Shown here piece by piece: positions 41,529-55,072 of a DNA stretch of 64,000 bases. A program made the translations under genes and the position numbers. Each line of letters opens with the position of its first letter. Position 1 is the first letter of the stretch. The notes beneath the pieces are model-generated. The model was given only the letters and a program-made list of their open reading frames with translations. It did no database searches and was not told where the DNA came from. This DNA comes from Azolla caroliniana (taxonomy: Eukaryota; Plantae; Polypodiophyta), in the NCBI GenBank assembly GCA_043228905.1, contig JBHGNT010000007.1, positions 2,356,001 to 2,420,000 on the forward strand, in the 5' to 3' direction.

Positions 41529-42168
41529 CCAAACAAGAACCCATTTTTCATGGTCCATTTGTGTCCAAGGTTTGTACACCTTCAAACATAAATCGCATGA
41601 AAGTAAATCAACGAACCACCATATGCTCATATAGATTCAGTATTGATGCCCCACCATGACGCTTCAGAGTGCAAACATGATCCCATGCCAAACAAGAACC
41701 CATTTTTCATGGTCCATTTGTGTCCAAGGTTTGTACACCTTCAAACATAAATCGCATCAAAGTAAATCGACGAGCCACCATATGCTCATATAGATTCAGT
41801 ATTGATGGCCCACCATGACGCTTCAGAGTGCAAACATGATCCCATGCCAAACAAGAACCCATTTTTCATGGTCCATTTGTGTCCAAGGTTTGTACACCTT
41901 CAAACATAAATCGCATCAAAGTAAATCGACGAGCCACCATATGCTCATATAGATTCAGTATTGATGCCCCACCATGACGCTTCAGAGTGCAAACATGATC
42001 CCATGCCAAACAAGAACCCATTTTTCATGGTTCATTTCTGTCCAGGGTTTGTACATCTTCAAACATAAATCGCATGAAAGTAAATCGACGAGCCACCATA
42101 TGCTCATATAGATTCAGTATTGATGGCCCACCATGACGCTTCAGAGTGCAAACATGATCCCATGCCAA
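41529..42168. repeat. 4 x 159-bp near-identical tandem array derived from an L1 ORF2 fragment
   Basis: Units start at 41529, 41688, 41847 and 42006. Confidence 0.95.
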
Positions 42169-42177
42169 CCACGATAA

Positions 42178-42235
<58 letters not shown>

Positions 42236-42238
<3 letters not shown>

Positions 42239-42274
42239 GTAAGTAGCTTACCCTAGTGGTAAGTTGTTAACAAC
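42236..42274 (-). mobile_element. 3'-end fragment of the same SINE abutting (CT)n
   Basis: TAGCTTACCCTAGTGGTAAGTTGTTAACA is the reverse complement of the SINE 3' hairpin region. Confidence 0.65.
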
Positions 42275-42655
42275 GTGCTGAGAAGGGTGTATCGTTACAC
42301 TTCGAAAAAATTTATTCTTTACATCTAGAATACAAACGTTCCATTATGATAGACCAAATAGTTAGAAATGTGAAAGATTGACTTTGAGGGTATGGTGATT
42401 TTAGTGGCATCTTCACCAAATTAAGCTTTCATCCAATATCTTTTGAAGAAACCATCTTCAAGTTATATCCCTAAAATTTCATAAAAAAACTATATTTGAA
42501 TTCAATGATATTAAGTATGTTAACTTCGTGAACATGACTTAAAGCATTGACAATCATCCTCATTGATCCATATTCTTGAATTTTATGTTATGTTATGCAT
42601 TGGTTTTGAATAACAGATCTAAAGAAGAGAGCTTGGCCTCACCGATAGAACTTTG

Positions 42656-42753
42656 AAAACATTTCCTTCATATATGCATCTCCACTTAAAAACATTTCCT
42701 TCATATATGCATCTCCACTTAAAAACATTTCCTTCATATATGCATCTCCACTT
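42656..42753. repeat. 3 x 33-bp tandem (single copy in the A block)
   Basis: AAAAACATTTCCTTCATATATGCATCTCCACTT x3; one copy at ~28467. Confidence 0.9.
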
Positions 42754-45029
42754 AGTATTCCATGTTTGAAAGTTAAAACCTTGTGCTTCTAGTTCCATTT
42801 TGGATCAAGTGGTTTTGCCTCCATCTCTTGTTCGACTTGTTGATAGATGAAACTGCAAGGTGGAAATTGCTTTGGACTCCAAGATTATGTGTAACAAGTT
42901 ATACTCTCATATCAGTTAGGTAATAGGACTAAAGATCGAACGTAAGGGCTTGCTAAGAATTTTGTTAATGCTCAGCTCTAGTAGAAACTTTTCGACATTG
43001 GCATGCTAATAATGCAAGACTTAGTTGGTAAATTGCAATTCATGCAAGTCATCCTCAACACAAGGCTATGGTGTCATGGGCATACAAAATGTCATAGGTT
43101 ATGAGGAACTTGAACTCATGATCACCCCAATGTGCACAATAGACTTTAATCATTGTAACACATGTAGTATTTATTGAACATCTTCAAAGTAATAGATTAC
43201 GTTATAGCTACCATAACATACTATGTGATAACTATGATTGTTGGATGGCAAATATGTATGATAGCCAAATGAGAAACATGCATCATAATGAGGTGACAAG
43301 CATGCATAAGGCTTGGAGTACTATATATGGGGAGATCTCAATATTGCTAAGCCATTCTAGTTGAACACGAATATTCAATGTAGTCTTGTAACATCTTTTT
43401 TCTTTTTTTGCAATAAAAACTTAATTTCCTTTCTCAATTTAGTATTATTTTTTGTTTTAACCCTTGGCAAAACTAGAAAGAGATTGGTTATTCAAAAGCA
43501 AAGATATGTTGCATCACATACCCATGATGTATATCATAAATTGATTGAAGATAGAGCTTCAGTGTGGTGATGGTGCCACTTATGATGGTAACATCGTTTT
43601 GGTCACACAACGGAAATGTCAAATTCATCCCTACAAAATTATAGTTGACATGAAGACCAAAAGAGTCAAATTCATCAAGTGTTGGATATTGTTGTGTTTA
43701 AATATATATGTTACATTTATAGACAAAAAGAGCCTTCCCCATGTAAGCCAGTTGGTTAGGGGTTTATAATGTTCACTTAAAACTTTAACCATTTGAAAAA
43801 GGAAACCAATAGACAAGATAAATAAAAACACATAAAATAATAACCGGTCAAATCTTTGTCAGCAATCTCCCCAAGAAGATCAGTGATGCTAGAGCGACAA
43901 GTGACACCTGATTCAACACATAGAAGGGGTTCCGATGCAACTCCCCTCGATTTGCCTATCACCTCTCCCCATATTTCAAGTATGTTTGCCACACTCTTGT
44001 TGTCAAATTAAGATAGGATTCTAGTGTCAACAGAAATATAACAACTAGAGGCACAGTCTCTTTAGTGACGCATATCGAAGGATCAAGGCTGCATAGGTTT
44101 GAATTCAGTCCTATGTTGTACGCGAACTTCCTCGAAGAAATCAACAATGTTGTGGACATCCAATTCATGGGCAAAGCATGTTACCATTTGGAGTTTATTG
44201 ATCCTTCATATGTTGCCTGTTTGCTGAAGATCAAGAATACATCGTTGCAAGGTGCTTGGATATCGTTTTACAAATGGACTCATAATGTGGTTGCAGACGA
44301 TATCTTGCAGAACAAAGAGGCACATATGATCTCTACACCCGTTTTCCCGGGATTGAAGAAATTATGGCGTCAAGTGCTACCCCAGATAGGCTCTCTTCTT
44401 GGTAAAGTAATAACTATTAAAGACGAGGCTTCTCCGGAGGATGATCATATATGAGGAGCACCAATTGTGAGGATCTACACACCTAGGAATAGTGTATTAC
44501 CATCTTGATTTTGTTACCGAATCTGTCGGAAAATAAGGAATCATTGTCCTAGAGGATTATGTATTTGAAATTCCTTCGAAGGTCTCCCCTACAAGACATT
44601 ATAAGTTAGAGGTTTCTTCTAGTGTGCCGAACAAAGGTAATCAATTAGGGGATAACGGTAAGCAGATCCTTCAATCCATGCCTTACTCGATGCCTCAAGA
44701 CAAGGGGAGACAGATTGATTGTTCGGGTATTGTCATGGATTGTGAAAAGTAGTTATCTTTAGTAATCTATGAGGAGGATACATCAAAACAAAAGTCTCTC
44801 TTGGTTAAGGAGACGATGATTCCTTAGTATAATAATGATTTCTCTTTTTCTACAGTATCCTTGGTTACAGGTAATACCCCTCTATTGGAAAAAATGATGT
44901 CAGTCCATTCACATAAATACACGGGTAAAGATATGATGACAACTAGAGGACAATAATGAGTTGTTAAGGAAAGAAAACATAGAGTAGTTTTGGCAAGAAA
45001 ATGGATAGTTTCATAATAATCAATTTGAA

Positions 45030-45958
45030 TTTTCACTTGCTTGTAGCTTGAAAGCATGTAGCAACATAGTATATGGTCAAGAAATACACTCACAGATTAT
45101 TTTGCATGCTTTTGACAAAGATGTCTTCATTACAAATTCATTAGTTGTTATGTATGCGAAATGTGGCTTGCTAGTTGAAGCACAAGTATTGTTCGATGAA
45201 CTACATGTTCATAATGGTGTTTCATGGGCTGCTCTTGTTGAAGGCTATGCTAATCATAGTTTTACTGAGGAAGCGGTTAAGTGTTTAGAGCAAATGCTAT
45301 TAGAGAACTTGGCTTTAGATGTTGCAATGTTAGTTTGCAACTTGAAAGTTTGTGACATTGTAGGTTCTACATGTTTGGCTCTAATTTGTCGTTGTGAGAT
45401 TGTTAAAGAGGGTTTCAAAGCAGATATGTGTGTGATGAGCACTATGATAGATCAGTATTCAAAACATGGGTTACTAGTACTACTTGAAGCAAAAGAAACA
45501 TTCTTTGAGCTTCCAGTGTGAGACATCATCGCGTGGACAAACACTTATCTCAGGGTATGTTGAGCATGGGTTAGGAGAAGAAGTGCTCACATATTGGGAT
45601 TAAATGTTGGTAGATGGTGTCATGATTACATGAATTTTGGCTTACAAGCATTCAATCCCACAACCTCTTGATAGATATGTCAAACCTTAAACCAATATGA
45701 TAACATATACATAAGATATATGATATATAGTCATAATAATTATATTATTAGTTATTATAAGATATTTATAAGATTCTAGAATATTCCATTGTTGTCCAAA
45801 ATATCTATAATAATCTAGAATACTCCAAAGGACCTATAAATAGGTGTCTACTAATTCATACAAACTCATTTAGTTCAACGCCTAGTCTTTAGCCCCTTAG
45901 CCTACTCTTTGTAACCTTTGTTCTCTTATAATATTATAAATTCCTTTCCATTTCTCGT

Positions 45959-46008
<50 letters not shown>

Positions 46009-47100
46009 CTAGCATTATCTTTTTCATCTTTCTCTCTCCTACTCTCAGGTCATGACAGATGGTATGGTTGCAAATGTCCTTGCATATGTTTGCCTGTTGA
46101 AAGCATATGTCGTTGCTACAACACAATTACAAGGCCAGATTTCACATTCTCAAATTTGCAAAAAGGGGTTAGAAATTGATCGCATCAATCTCACAGACAC
46201 GACTACCATTTAGAGATGTAGTATCTTGGGTTGCATTAATTTGTGGATATGTTGAGTATGGTTATGTTGAAGAGCTTCAGTATTATATTAAACCAAATAC
46301 AAACAAAGGGTGTATCCCCAAGTTCAAAGTCCCAACAAGGGGCAAGGGGTACATTGTCCAATTGTTAAATTAAGTCTCAAAAAAAAGACAATTGTCGGAA
46401 ATATTGTAGTTGATATGTATGAAAATTTTGTTTTGATTGTTGAAGCAGAAGATGTGTTCTAGAGGCTCCTAACTACATATGTGGTCTCATGGAATGCAAT
46501 GATGACATGGCTCATAGAACATGGATGTTTTGATGAAATAATGGAGCTTGATGGTATAGCCGATTCTATCACCTTTATATGTGGTCTCCAAGCTTGTCAT
46601 AGCAAAGGTGCTACTGACAAAGGCAGAGAGATGCATTCATGGATTATAAACTATAATCCCTATTTGAGATGGATGATCCCTTTGGTAACACCTTGGTTGA
46701 TATGTATGGAAAGTGTGGATTACTAAAAGAAGCACAAAAAGTGTTTGTTAAGTTTCCATTTTATAATAAAGGCTTTGAATGAAATGCAATCATAGCAATA
46801 TATGCCAAATGCAAACATAGTGAAGAGGCCATTGAATGTTTTGATCAAATGCAAGAAAAAGGTGCATCTCCAAATTCTATAACTATTGTTTGTGACTTAA
46901 AAACATGTGGGTTCTCAAGTATGGTGGCCCAAGGCCAACCAATAAATAATGAAGTAGTGTTAAAAGGACTTTATATAGAACCTCTTGTTGGTTAACACTT
47001 TGGTCTTTATCTTTATAGAACACGGTGTTCATGACGAGGCAATTAAATGCTTTGATCAAATAAAGCAATAAGGTATCTTGCCAAATGACATCACTTATCT
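45030..47100 (+). pseudogene. Degenerate PLS-class pentatricopeptide repeat (PPR) sequence
   Basis: Repeated motifs LKACS..GQEIH, NSLVVMYAKCG..EA..LFDEL, DVVSW.ALI.GYVE.G, NTLVDMYGKCG; many stops and frameshifts, no introns evident. Confidence 0.9.
45618..46057 (+). mobile_element. Solo LTR inserted in the PPR pseudogene
   Basis: TGTCATGA...TCATGACA termini, perfect 5-bp TSD GATGG, internal CTATAAATAGG. Confidence 0.9.
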
Positions 47101-47558
47101 TTGGTTCTTTCTATGATGATCTATACTTGTTGAGATGGAAAATATTATATACTATTTGTATATTGCATCTAGCCACTTCAATTTTAATACCAATGGAGGA
47201 TATTTATTATGGAAAAGAAAACACGTAAAATAAAATGGCTAATTGACAATAGAATAGGTTGTATATATGTCAATGTTATCTTGACTTTGTGGAAACAAGT
47301 CATGTCAAGTTGAAATATTTATCAATAACATCAATTAGATGTAGTATCATGTATGACATACACTCTCACATCTACTCACGGACTCAATATGAAAGTTTGC
47401 AAAGGCCAAGCGATTGAGCCTGACCTAGCAAGGCTTTTCCAAAGAAACACATCCTAAAGCTGACACTTTATGATTAAATTTTGAATCACTCTTCCTGATT
47501 CCATGAAGTTTTTCACTCGGAGTAGAAAGACGATCATTTCATTTAGAAAAGCAAATCT

Positions 47559-49827
47559 TTAAAGAATTTTGAACAAGGTAAATTTGCCACTAGGGTTTAG
47601 GGATAGCCGAGATATTTCTCCTAGTACTTGTTTAAAATGAAGACTAGAGGAGCCCCCTTCAGAAATTCCTTGGTGAAGAAATTTCTTACATTTCTCAATG
47701 TTCTCCCTTATTACACTCCTTGACTGCATAAGCAATCTCACCTTCTCATCCACCGCTTGTCTCCCAATCAAATCCTTCTTAGGTTCATCAAATTTAAGGG
47801 CCACATTCCATACCTCCGCACATAGTCTACCATTGATCATTTGGTCCGCAAAGTAGGGCAAACCAAGCATAGGAACACCAGCTGCAATGCTCTCAATGGT
47901 GGAATTCCATCCATGATGTGTGAGAAAACCTCCAATAGCTCTATGAAAGAGTACTTCCTTTTGAGGAGCCCATGAAACAAAACAAGAATGTTTTTGCATT
48001 CGGTCTAAATATCCATCTGGAAATCCTATGGGTGTTTTGTCATTCATAAGGTCGGCCCTAACAACCCACAATATAGGTTGTTGGCACAACTCCAATCCTA
48101 GTGCCAATTCCGTGAATTGCTCAACACTAAGTATTGTGACACTTCCTAATGAAACATATAGTACCGACTTTTCCGGTTGCAAATCTAGCCATTGAAAGCA
48201 ACTGCGATCTTCAATCCATAGACTAGGTCCAATGTTATGTGATGAAATTTGCTCTTCTATGTGACCATTAAAACACCAATTTGGTAACACTGGACCGATT
48301 GTGAGTACATCCTTCCGAAAGGTTTCCCGGATGTGTTCCACATAATCCTTCTCCAATTCATCAGATGTGTTTATGATTATGCATGTGGCATTATCCAATA
48401 ATTCACAGCATTGAATAACATATTGGTAAATGGGGTTGTTTGGGTCAGCACATTGCCAATATGTGGACAAGTCCATCCATTTGAGCGGTGATAGGTTAGG
48501 GACACAATCTTCTGCAAAAACAAAATACATATGGAGACAAATAAGAGGGGAAGCTGCTGAATGGAAATTCATAATCAACCTACGCCTGAGTAAATGCAAT
48601 GGATATGATTTTTTGGAGATATCATATGGAATATGTTGCTATTGATCTGACTTTGTGTAAGAATTCATATGGATTTGAATATATTTGTCAAGACTTCTAT
48701 CCAAATCATGTCATCAACAAGATGTTGTACCTATTATACATGATGGTAGGACTGATGGCACAATTCCATAATTTACTCCAAATATTGGTACTCTAATACT
48801 GTTTTCTTCCCCTTAATGGCTCTATTAATACATGATTAGGTGTATGCTTGTAAGACCTAAAACTGAGATCGGTAACATCCAAACAATGACCGACTATATT
48901 ATATATGATTTCTTTACAAACATAAGCCCTCGGCCTCTTAAACACAATGGGGATGTTGCCAAACATAGTCATAACCTTCTCCATCATGGCGTCAATGAAT
49001 GAACTCAATTCCCATGACTTGGAGAGCCTAGATTAGCATTTACCGTGATGATCTACATCTATTTCTCCATCATACAATCAATGAATCCAACCAGCATCTA
49101 CCAGCCTTAGCAATAACTTTTTAGATTCAGATTACTATTATTACATAAGGGTATTCTATTCCATTAAATACTCTCTTCCTCTTCATCGAACTCTACGTCG
49201 CCGCCACCTTCCATCTCTCCGGTCTCATGTTGGCTCTCGTGCACCAGAAAAACAAGTTACCAGAAAAACCTAGAACCATGTAAAAAGTATCTTACCCAGA
49301 TGTGTCATTTGGTGACCATGTTTCGGACAAGCGATCATGCATCCAAGGCTAGCCGCAGATTGTGGCCAAACAGCGATGAGCGGAAGGCTGAATCTTGCAG
49401 CGAGATTACGAGCCAGAGGAGTGAAGACATCGGCGAGGATGAAAGTGATGGGGTCATCGGGATCTTGTAGAAGCCTCTCCACCAATTCTTCGAGGGGATG
49501 GAGGAAGGTGGACATAGACATGACAGTCTGAATGATGCTGTCCCTACCACTAGTGGTTCCATCCTTGCGTACCGGGTCCTGGAAAGATACCATTCGGAAA
49601 TGTGGCACATACTGATTTTGAAGGAGAGTGTTGTGGGTGTGGTGATCATTCACAAATGTGATTCGGATGATGCCGCCATCACCATCGCCATCGCCATAGC
49701 CATAGCCATAGCCATGGCTCTCACAAATTCTACCAGTAGTAAGCTTGATGCAAAGTTCCGTTAATGGACCTATGTGGCCCTGTGCAGGAAAGGCCATGAC
49801 TAATCCATGTGCTAACTTGGTTTTCAT
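47559..49827 (-). CDS. UDP-glycosyltransferase, copy B (close paralog of A); exons 49827-49296 and 48511-47559, ~494 aa
   Basis: Same motifs as A, PSPG box with THHGWNS; phase-1 intron at the same position (532+953 nt). Confidence 0.95.
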
Positions 49828-50363
49828 CTTCTCCCTCTCCCTCTCCCTCTCTCTCTTTCACTCGATCTATGGACTAATCAGAGGTTTTTCTTGGTCTACA
49901 ATTCTCTCTCCCTCTCTATGTGGGTCTACAGATTAGAGCTCAGTCTATGGTTTTTGTGTGTGTACCCTACCTACCAGCAGAAGGAGTGATCGGTGGCAAC
50001 TTGCCATGGAAAGAGATGAAGTGGCTCTTAACTGCAGGGGGTCCACCATTGACATTGTATACATATATGTATCAGTATCAGTAGGGAAAAAGACCTATCT
50101 TCAATCACTCTTGTCCTTATCTTTCCGGACAAAAACACTCAACACACGCGCCTATTACCAGAACTCCGGACATATCTCCGATCAGACAAGCTTCCACACT
50201 CGAACTTGAGAGATCTTGTGTGTGTGTGTGTGTGTGCACGTGCGACCGGAAGCCCTTTTCACACTTTCGCAGTTTTCACCATCGTGACACTAGAACGATG
50301 GGCAAAACTATATACAAGGTGGTCCAATCAGAGAGCTCAGGATGATCAAACCGGCACTCTCTC

Positions 50364-50545
50364 TTTTTTTCTTAGTAGTTACCTAAACCTAATGGTAAGT
50401 TGTTAACACTACAAGCACTGCGTCATGGGTTCGAAACCCAATTTCCTCACATCTCTATTATATACTTCACTAGATGCCACTGTGGAATGTAGGGGTTGAA
50501 CCCATGACCACCTGGTCTCCATTGGGCAACCTTACCAACTGAGCT
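50364..50545 (-). mobile_element. tRNA-derived SINE, copy 3 (5'-truncated at the A box)
   Basis: Matches copies 1 and 2; flanked by a ~28-bp imperfect duplication GAGCTCAGGATGATC(A/G)AACCG..ACTCTCTC (50333-50363 / 50541-50570). Confidence 0.85.
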
Positions 50546-50557
50546 CAGGATGATCGA

Positions 50558-50620
<63 letters not shown>

Positions 50621-50744
50621 AAAGCACACAATTATATTAATTGTATGTAAATTTCACTTAGTTACAACACTTCTTAGTCTCCTCTACCTATCATATGCCT
50701 ATGTAGGGAGAGGGGCGTTCTTTCTGTCTTTCTCTCTCTCTCTC

Positions 50745-51590
50745 TACAAGTTAAGAAACAAACGCCCTACACCCTCCTCCTCCTTGAGACGGGATCGCTT
50801 CCCATTGAGATCATGGCCATGGAAAGGGTTGTTGAATACACGCTTAAGGTTCAAAAAAGTCCCTCACATCGACTTCTTAGAATTCCGTGGGAAGCAAGCA
50901 AAAAGATCAAAAAGACGCATAAAAGCAAAATTTTGTGTTCCGGTTGGATACAAGATATAGAAAAATGGTTTGGTAGATGGGATGCGAGATACTTGCTTCA
51001 TGATGCATCATTAGAATCCTCTGTAAATGAGGCCTTCTTGCAACGCCAATGTATCATGACATGGGACAAATGTGGAGGCTCACGCTTCACACATTATACT
51101 ACACATGTTGCACCTAATTACAAAACCATATTCTTTGCGGAATGGGGAAATCGTACACATCGATACATGTTAGAGCTCATACCGTTATCTGCCATTCGAA
51201 CCATTGCTTCTATTCGACTTAGCTCACATGCATTGTGATGTGAAACAGGGCGTTGGGGCACAAGTGATGAGAGTGGTCGGCTATGCACACTTTGCCCTAA
51301 ACAAGTTTGCGAGTCTAATTATCACACTTTGATACAATGCTCTGCCTTTGATAATATTCGACCATGCTTTCCACATCTCTTCGACCGAGCCCAATCTTTG
51401 CATGAATTCCTCTCACAACCACAATGTGCACTCTCGATTACAACATTCATTGGTAACGTTCTTAAGCATCGAGAGTCACTACTCACTTTCACACATATCA
51501 CGTGAAATGTAATATTTTTTGGTCTCATAGGTCATATTTGACCTCCGAAGATGATAATATAATCTATCTATCTATCTATCTATCTATCTC
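50745..51590 (+). mobile_element. 5'-truncated RTEX-like LINE of a second family; (TCTA)n tail
   Basis: Translation IRLSSHAL*CETGRWG...RLCTLC....ESNYHTLIQC...IR; 3' hairpin AGGTCATATTTGACCT. Confidence 0.8.
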
Positions 51591-51817
51591 TATCAGTGTG
51601 AGCTCTTGATTGCTACATTCATTAATAAAGTTATTGAACATCGATACTAGATCACATAAATCTACCTCATCTTGGGACAATGTCCCCATATAACATGGTT
51701 GCAAAAAATTGCCAACCCCTCTTTCTTTTAAGCCTAGAGTTGTTGTCATACCCCACAAAGTCCATCAAACAAGCACCCATAGTCCCATTTCTCATGGTCC
51801 AATTAAATCACATACCT

Positions 51818-51869
<52 letters not shown>

Positions 51870-52204
51870 ATCATATTGTGCATGCCTAGGAGATACCTTT
51901 GATGTTTCAATTGGTTTGCATACATACACTAATGGCTTCAATTCATATGTCCATTCAATTTCCTTTCAATCTTCATTTGCCTTTGGTTCAAACATCGTCG
52001 TACTTATTTCAGACTTCACTGGCCCATTGTAACTCCTTACTCGCTTCAATTATTACATTACTCACTTTATTTGTGGTTTTAATGCCGACTCTGACTTTTG
52101 AATTGTTGGTTGCACATGTACCACCATGCACAATTTAGTTATCCAAGTGTCGAACAAACATGAATCAATGATGTATGAATCTACGAAATACGATAGGCTA
52201 CGCT

Positions 52205-53369
52205 TGTTATCCACAGGGATTGATTGCCGAAACAGCTGAAGACTGGATAAGTCAAAGAGCCAAAGGCCGGCTGGAGTATGAAAGTTAAAGCTGGATCGGA
52301 TAGCCGGCAAGAAGTGTGAAGCCGGAAGCTGAAATATTATTACGATTGTAGATTATTATTAGATATTAGATATGGAACAATGTAATAGAAGTTAGATATG
52401 AATAGCCATGATGTATATGACTTTAGGAGAACTTATTTGAAAGGATGTGCCGATCCAACAATGTAACCATATATGCTTCACCTATAAGAATGGGGCATGA
52501 GCTTGGTATTGAGTGCGGTTGTATATTGTGTATAAGTTTTAATATAGAGAGATTTTGAGTATACGATGCTTGTGTGAATTGTTATATAGGTGGAGTTGTG
52601 ATTAAGTTTCGTAATTGTTGTGCTGAGTGTTAGCCGATTCTGATAGTTAATTCATAACCAACAGCTGTTTTAGTATAAGCCGATCGGACAAGCATAGTTC
52701 TTTACCGATTACATCAAGCTGATTTGACAATAGCCGACAAGTGATTAGTTGCAGTCCAACTATCCATCTCTCCAGCCACGATCTTCGGTGACGGTTATCT
52801 AGTAATTGGGTATCGGAACCGTGTCCTATTGAGAGGGTAAACACAATTTGGCAACCACGATTCGTTCTGCGAGAGACAGCGAATGACGGAGGATTAATGT
52901 CGTCTAGACAGACCGACGACGTACTAATGGAATGAGAAAAGAGGGTATGTGCTCAGAAGGAGTATCGAAGAGCGGCAGAGGCAATTCGACGGGATTGATC
53001 GTTTTCCCAAAGTATTCGGCGGATAGCCGAACAAGCGTTTTTCACTCACACAATCACAGCCAAAACAAAGGTGAGATTGGCATGACTGACCTTGCCGATG
53101 CCGAATCGACCTTGCAAACATTAGTGCCAGCGGCATGAGAGGAGGATTCAACCGGTTCTCCGGATTGGAGGAGATGCTTAGCAATTTCTGTTCGGACGAA
53201 GATTCGTCGGACAACCGAAGTGTCCAGTCTTACTATCGTTCCAGTCACGGCACTCCGGACGTACGGGAAGTAGAGACCCATGTACGAAAACCGCTGGCTG
53301 AAGTAGAGAACCCTTTACGAACACCATTGGCCGTAGCACAACCATTGTCGAATAGCCCAAGGAGAAACA
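52205..53369 (+). mobile_element. Internally deleted LTR retrotransposon (LTR ~52205-52843, PBS-like motif, start of internal ORF)
   Basis: Starts TGTT and ends AAACA; TSD ACGCT/ATGCT; interrupts sequence that is contiguous at 39890-39920; GGTAAACA-CAATT-TGGCAACCACG junction. Confidence 0.7.
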
Positions 53370-55072
53370 ATGCTTGATTGGTTCGAAATATTGCTATCCC
53401 CTAGAATATGGCATTCAACTTATTTGTGGTTGACGAATCAATGAGAGGAATGATTTTCTTCATAGGCTTGGATTGTAAGAATGTTAATCTCCATCGAGGA
53501 AGCAAGATAGAAGAAACCTGGATTTGAAATCAAAATTGATCAAATGTTGCAACATAAGCAATTCTTGCATTTACTTGGAACAATTTAAATACTTATCCAA
53601 GAAAGTAATTCTCAATTTCTAGCATTGATAATGGGTAATAGATTGGACATGATATGTCTGGTTATGGATTTGGCCCTAAACCCCATGCCAATGCAAAATT
53701 TGGTTTACAAAATGGTCATTGTACCATTAATTCAAGAGAGTAACATTAATATAAGTTTCGGGATACATATATATTCAAGAAAAACGCACATCTACTACAT
53801 ATTTATACCATGTATACAAAATAGGAACTCTAAAAATATTGCATTAAAGCATTTTATAAGAACATGAACTGTGCTTGCAAACATAAACCGGATGTATTTG
53901 ATTTGCCAACCATTAAGGTGACTGGAGGCAAGGGTGAGCCATGAAATGTTGTAAGCACATTTGCTAAAGGTTTTCTCAATGGTGTTCCGAGATAATGTTG
54001 TAGGTGAAGATAAGGAGTGACCACTTTGAAGGTGGTGATTATGTCGATGAAAATGTTGAGAGCGGGATTTTTGTGAACTACCGGTGGAAGTGGTGTAAGT
54101 TCCATGATGTGAGTTGTTACGAGTTTACTTGAGCTCTATAGGGAGAAAAATCCGACCTACCATTAGATGTATGTATCACAACAATATAGGGACGTATTGT
54201 AGAAACCTATTATAGACTATACATGCATCATTTAGAGCACAATTACATTAAGAAGTATTCAATTAGCAATAAAAAGACTTCAAAATCAGTGTAAGTAAAA
54301 AATTAAGTATATGTGTGAAGACAAAAAAGAGAATAAGATGTAATTTATGAAGGAAACATTATTAACAATGCTTGATGTGGTGTGTGTGAAAGGTGTTAAT
54401 TTAAGCCAAGTGTAATAATTGTTCAAAATGTAGCTCAACAATTGGATAATTTGTCTCTCGGGATATTGTGATATTTTTTTGAAAGGAAGAAGATGAAAAG
54501 GAAATTAGGAGCATTGACGACTTGAGCTATCATGTTTTGTTGATGCTTCATTTGACATGTTTTTTAGCACAATTTCCCTTCCTACCTTTCTTTAACTTCT
54601 CAAATTTAATGAATTTGGCCAATTTTTCTTTGTGACCAAATCACATCACGATTCACAACCCCATGGAAACCCATCTTCCTTGATTCAAGCCCCTTGTGGT
54701 CTTTCTCTCACTTCGCACACATGCCTGGATTCGAACAACAATGATAAAACACTAGTTCAATATATTTGATAGTAGTATTTTTACCAATGAAATTGATGAG
54801 AAAAGGACACTTCGAAATATATCCTTCTCTTCTTCCGGCAAAAAGATCTATTTCATTTTATATGTAACTAAGGGTTCATGAAATTAATACTCGTGTTATA
54901 TAAATACAAGGTTTTATGTACAAAAATGATATAATGAACAAAGATCTAGGGTATAGCAAACAATTACATACTCATAGGCTTCTTGTGATATATGTGTGGA
55001 TCAAGAACATTTTATCTGTTCCTAAATAGTTAGCCTCTAATTGCATGGAACAACAAAGAATGTTTTAGCAAG

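Larger units (their letters stand above)
43841..47217 (+). mobile_element. Chimeric L1-framed insertion: L1 ORF1 remnant + PPR cargo + L1 3' UTR/A-tail, 16-bp TSD
   Basis: Absent from the paralogous A block (30130-30150). TSD AAAACAC(A/G)TAAAATAA at 43825-43840 and 47218-47233. DUF4283-like ORF at 44065-44454. 47155-47210 is the reverse complement of the L1 3' end at 25912-25968. Confidence 0.75.
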
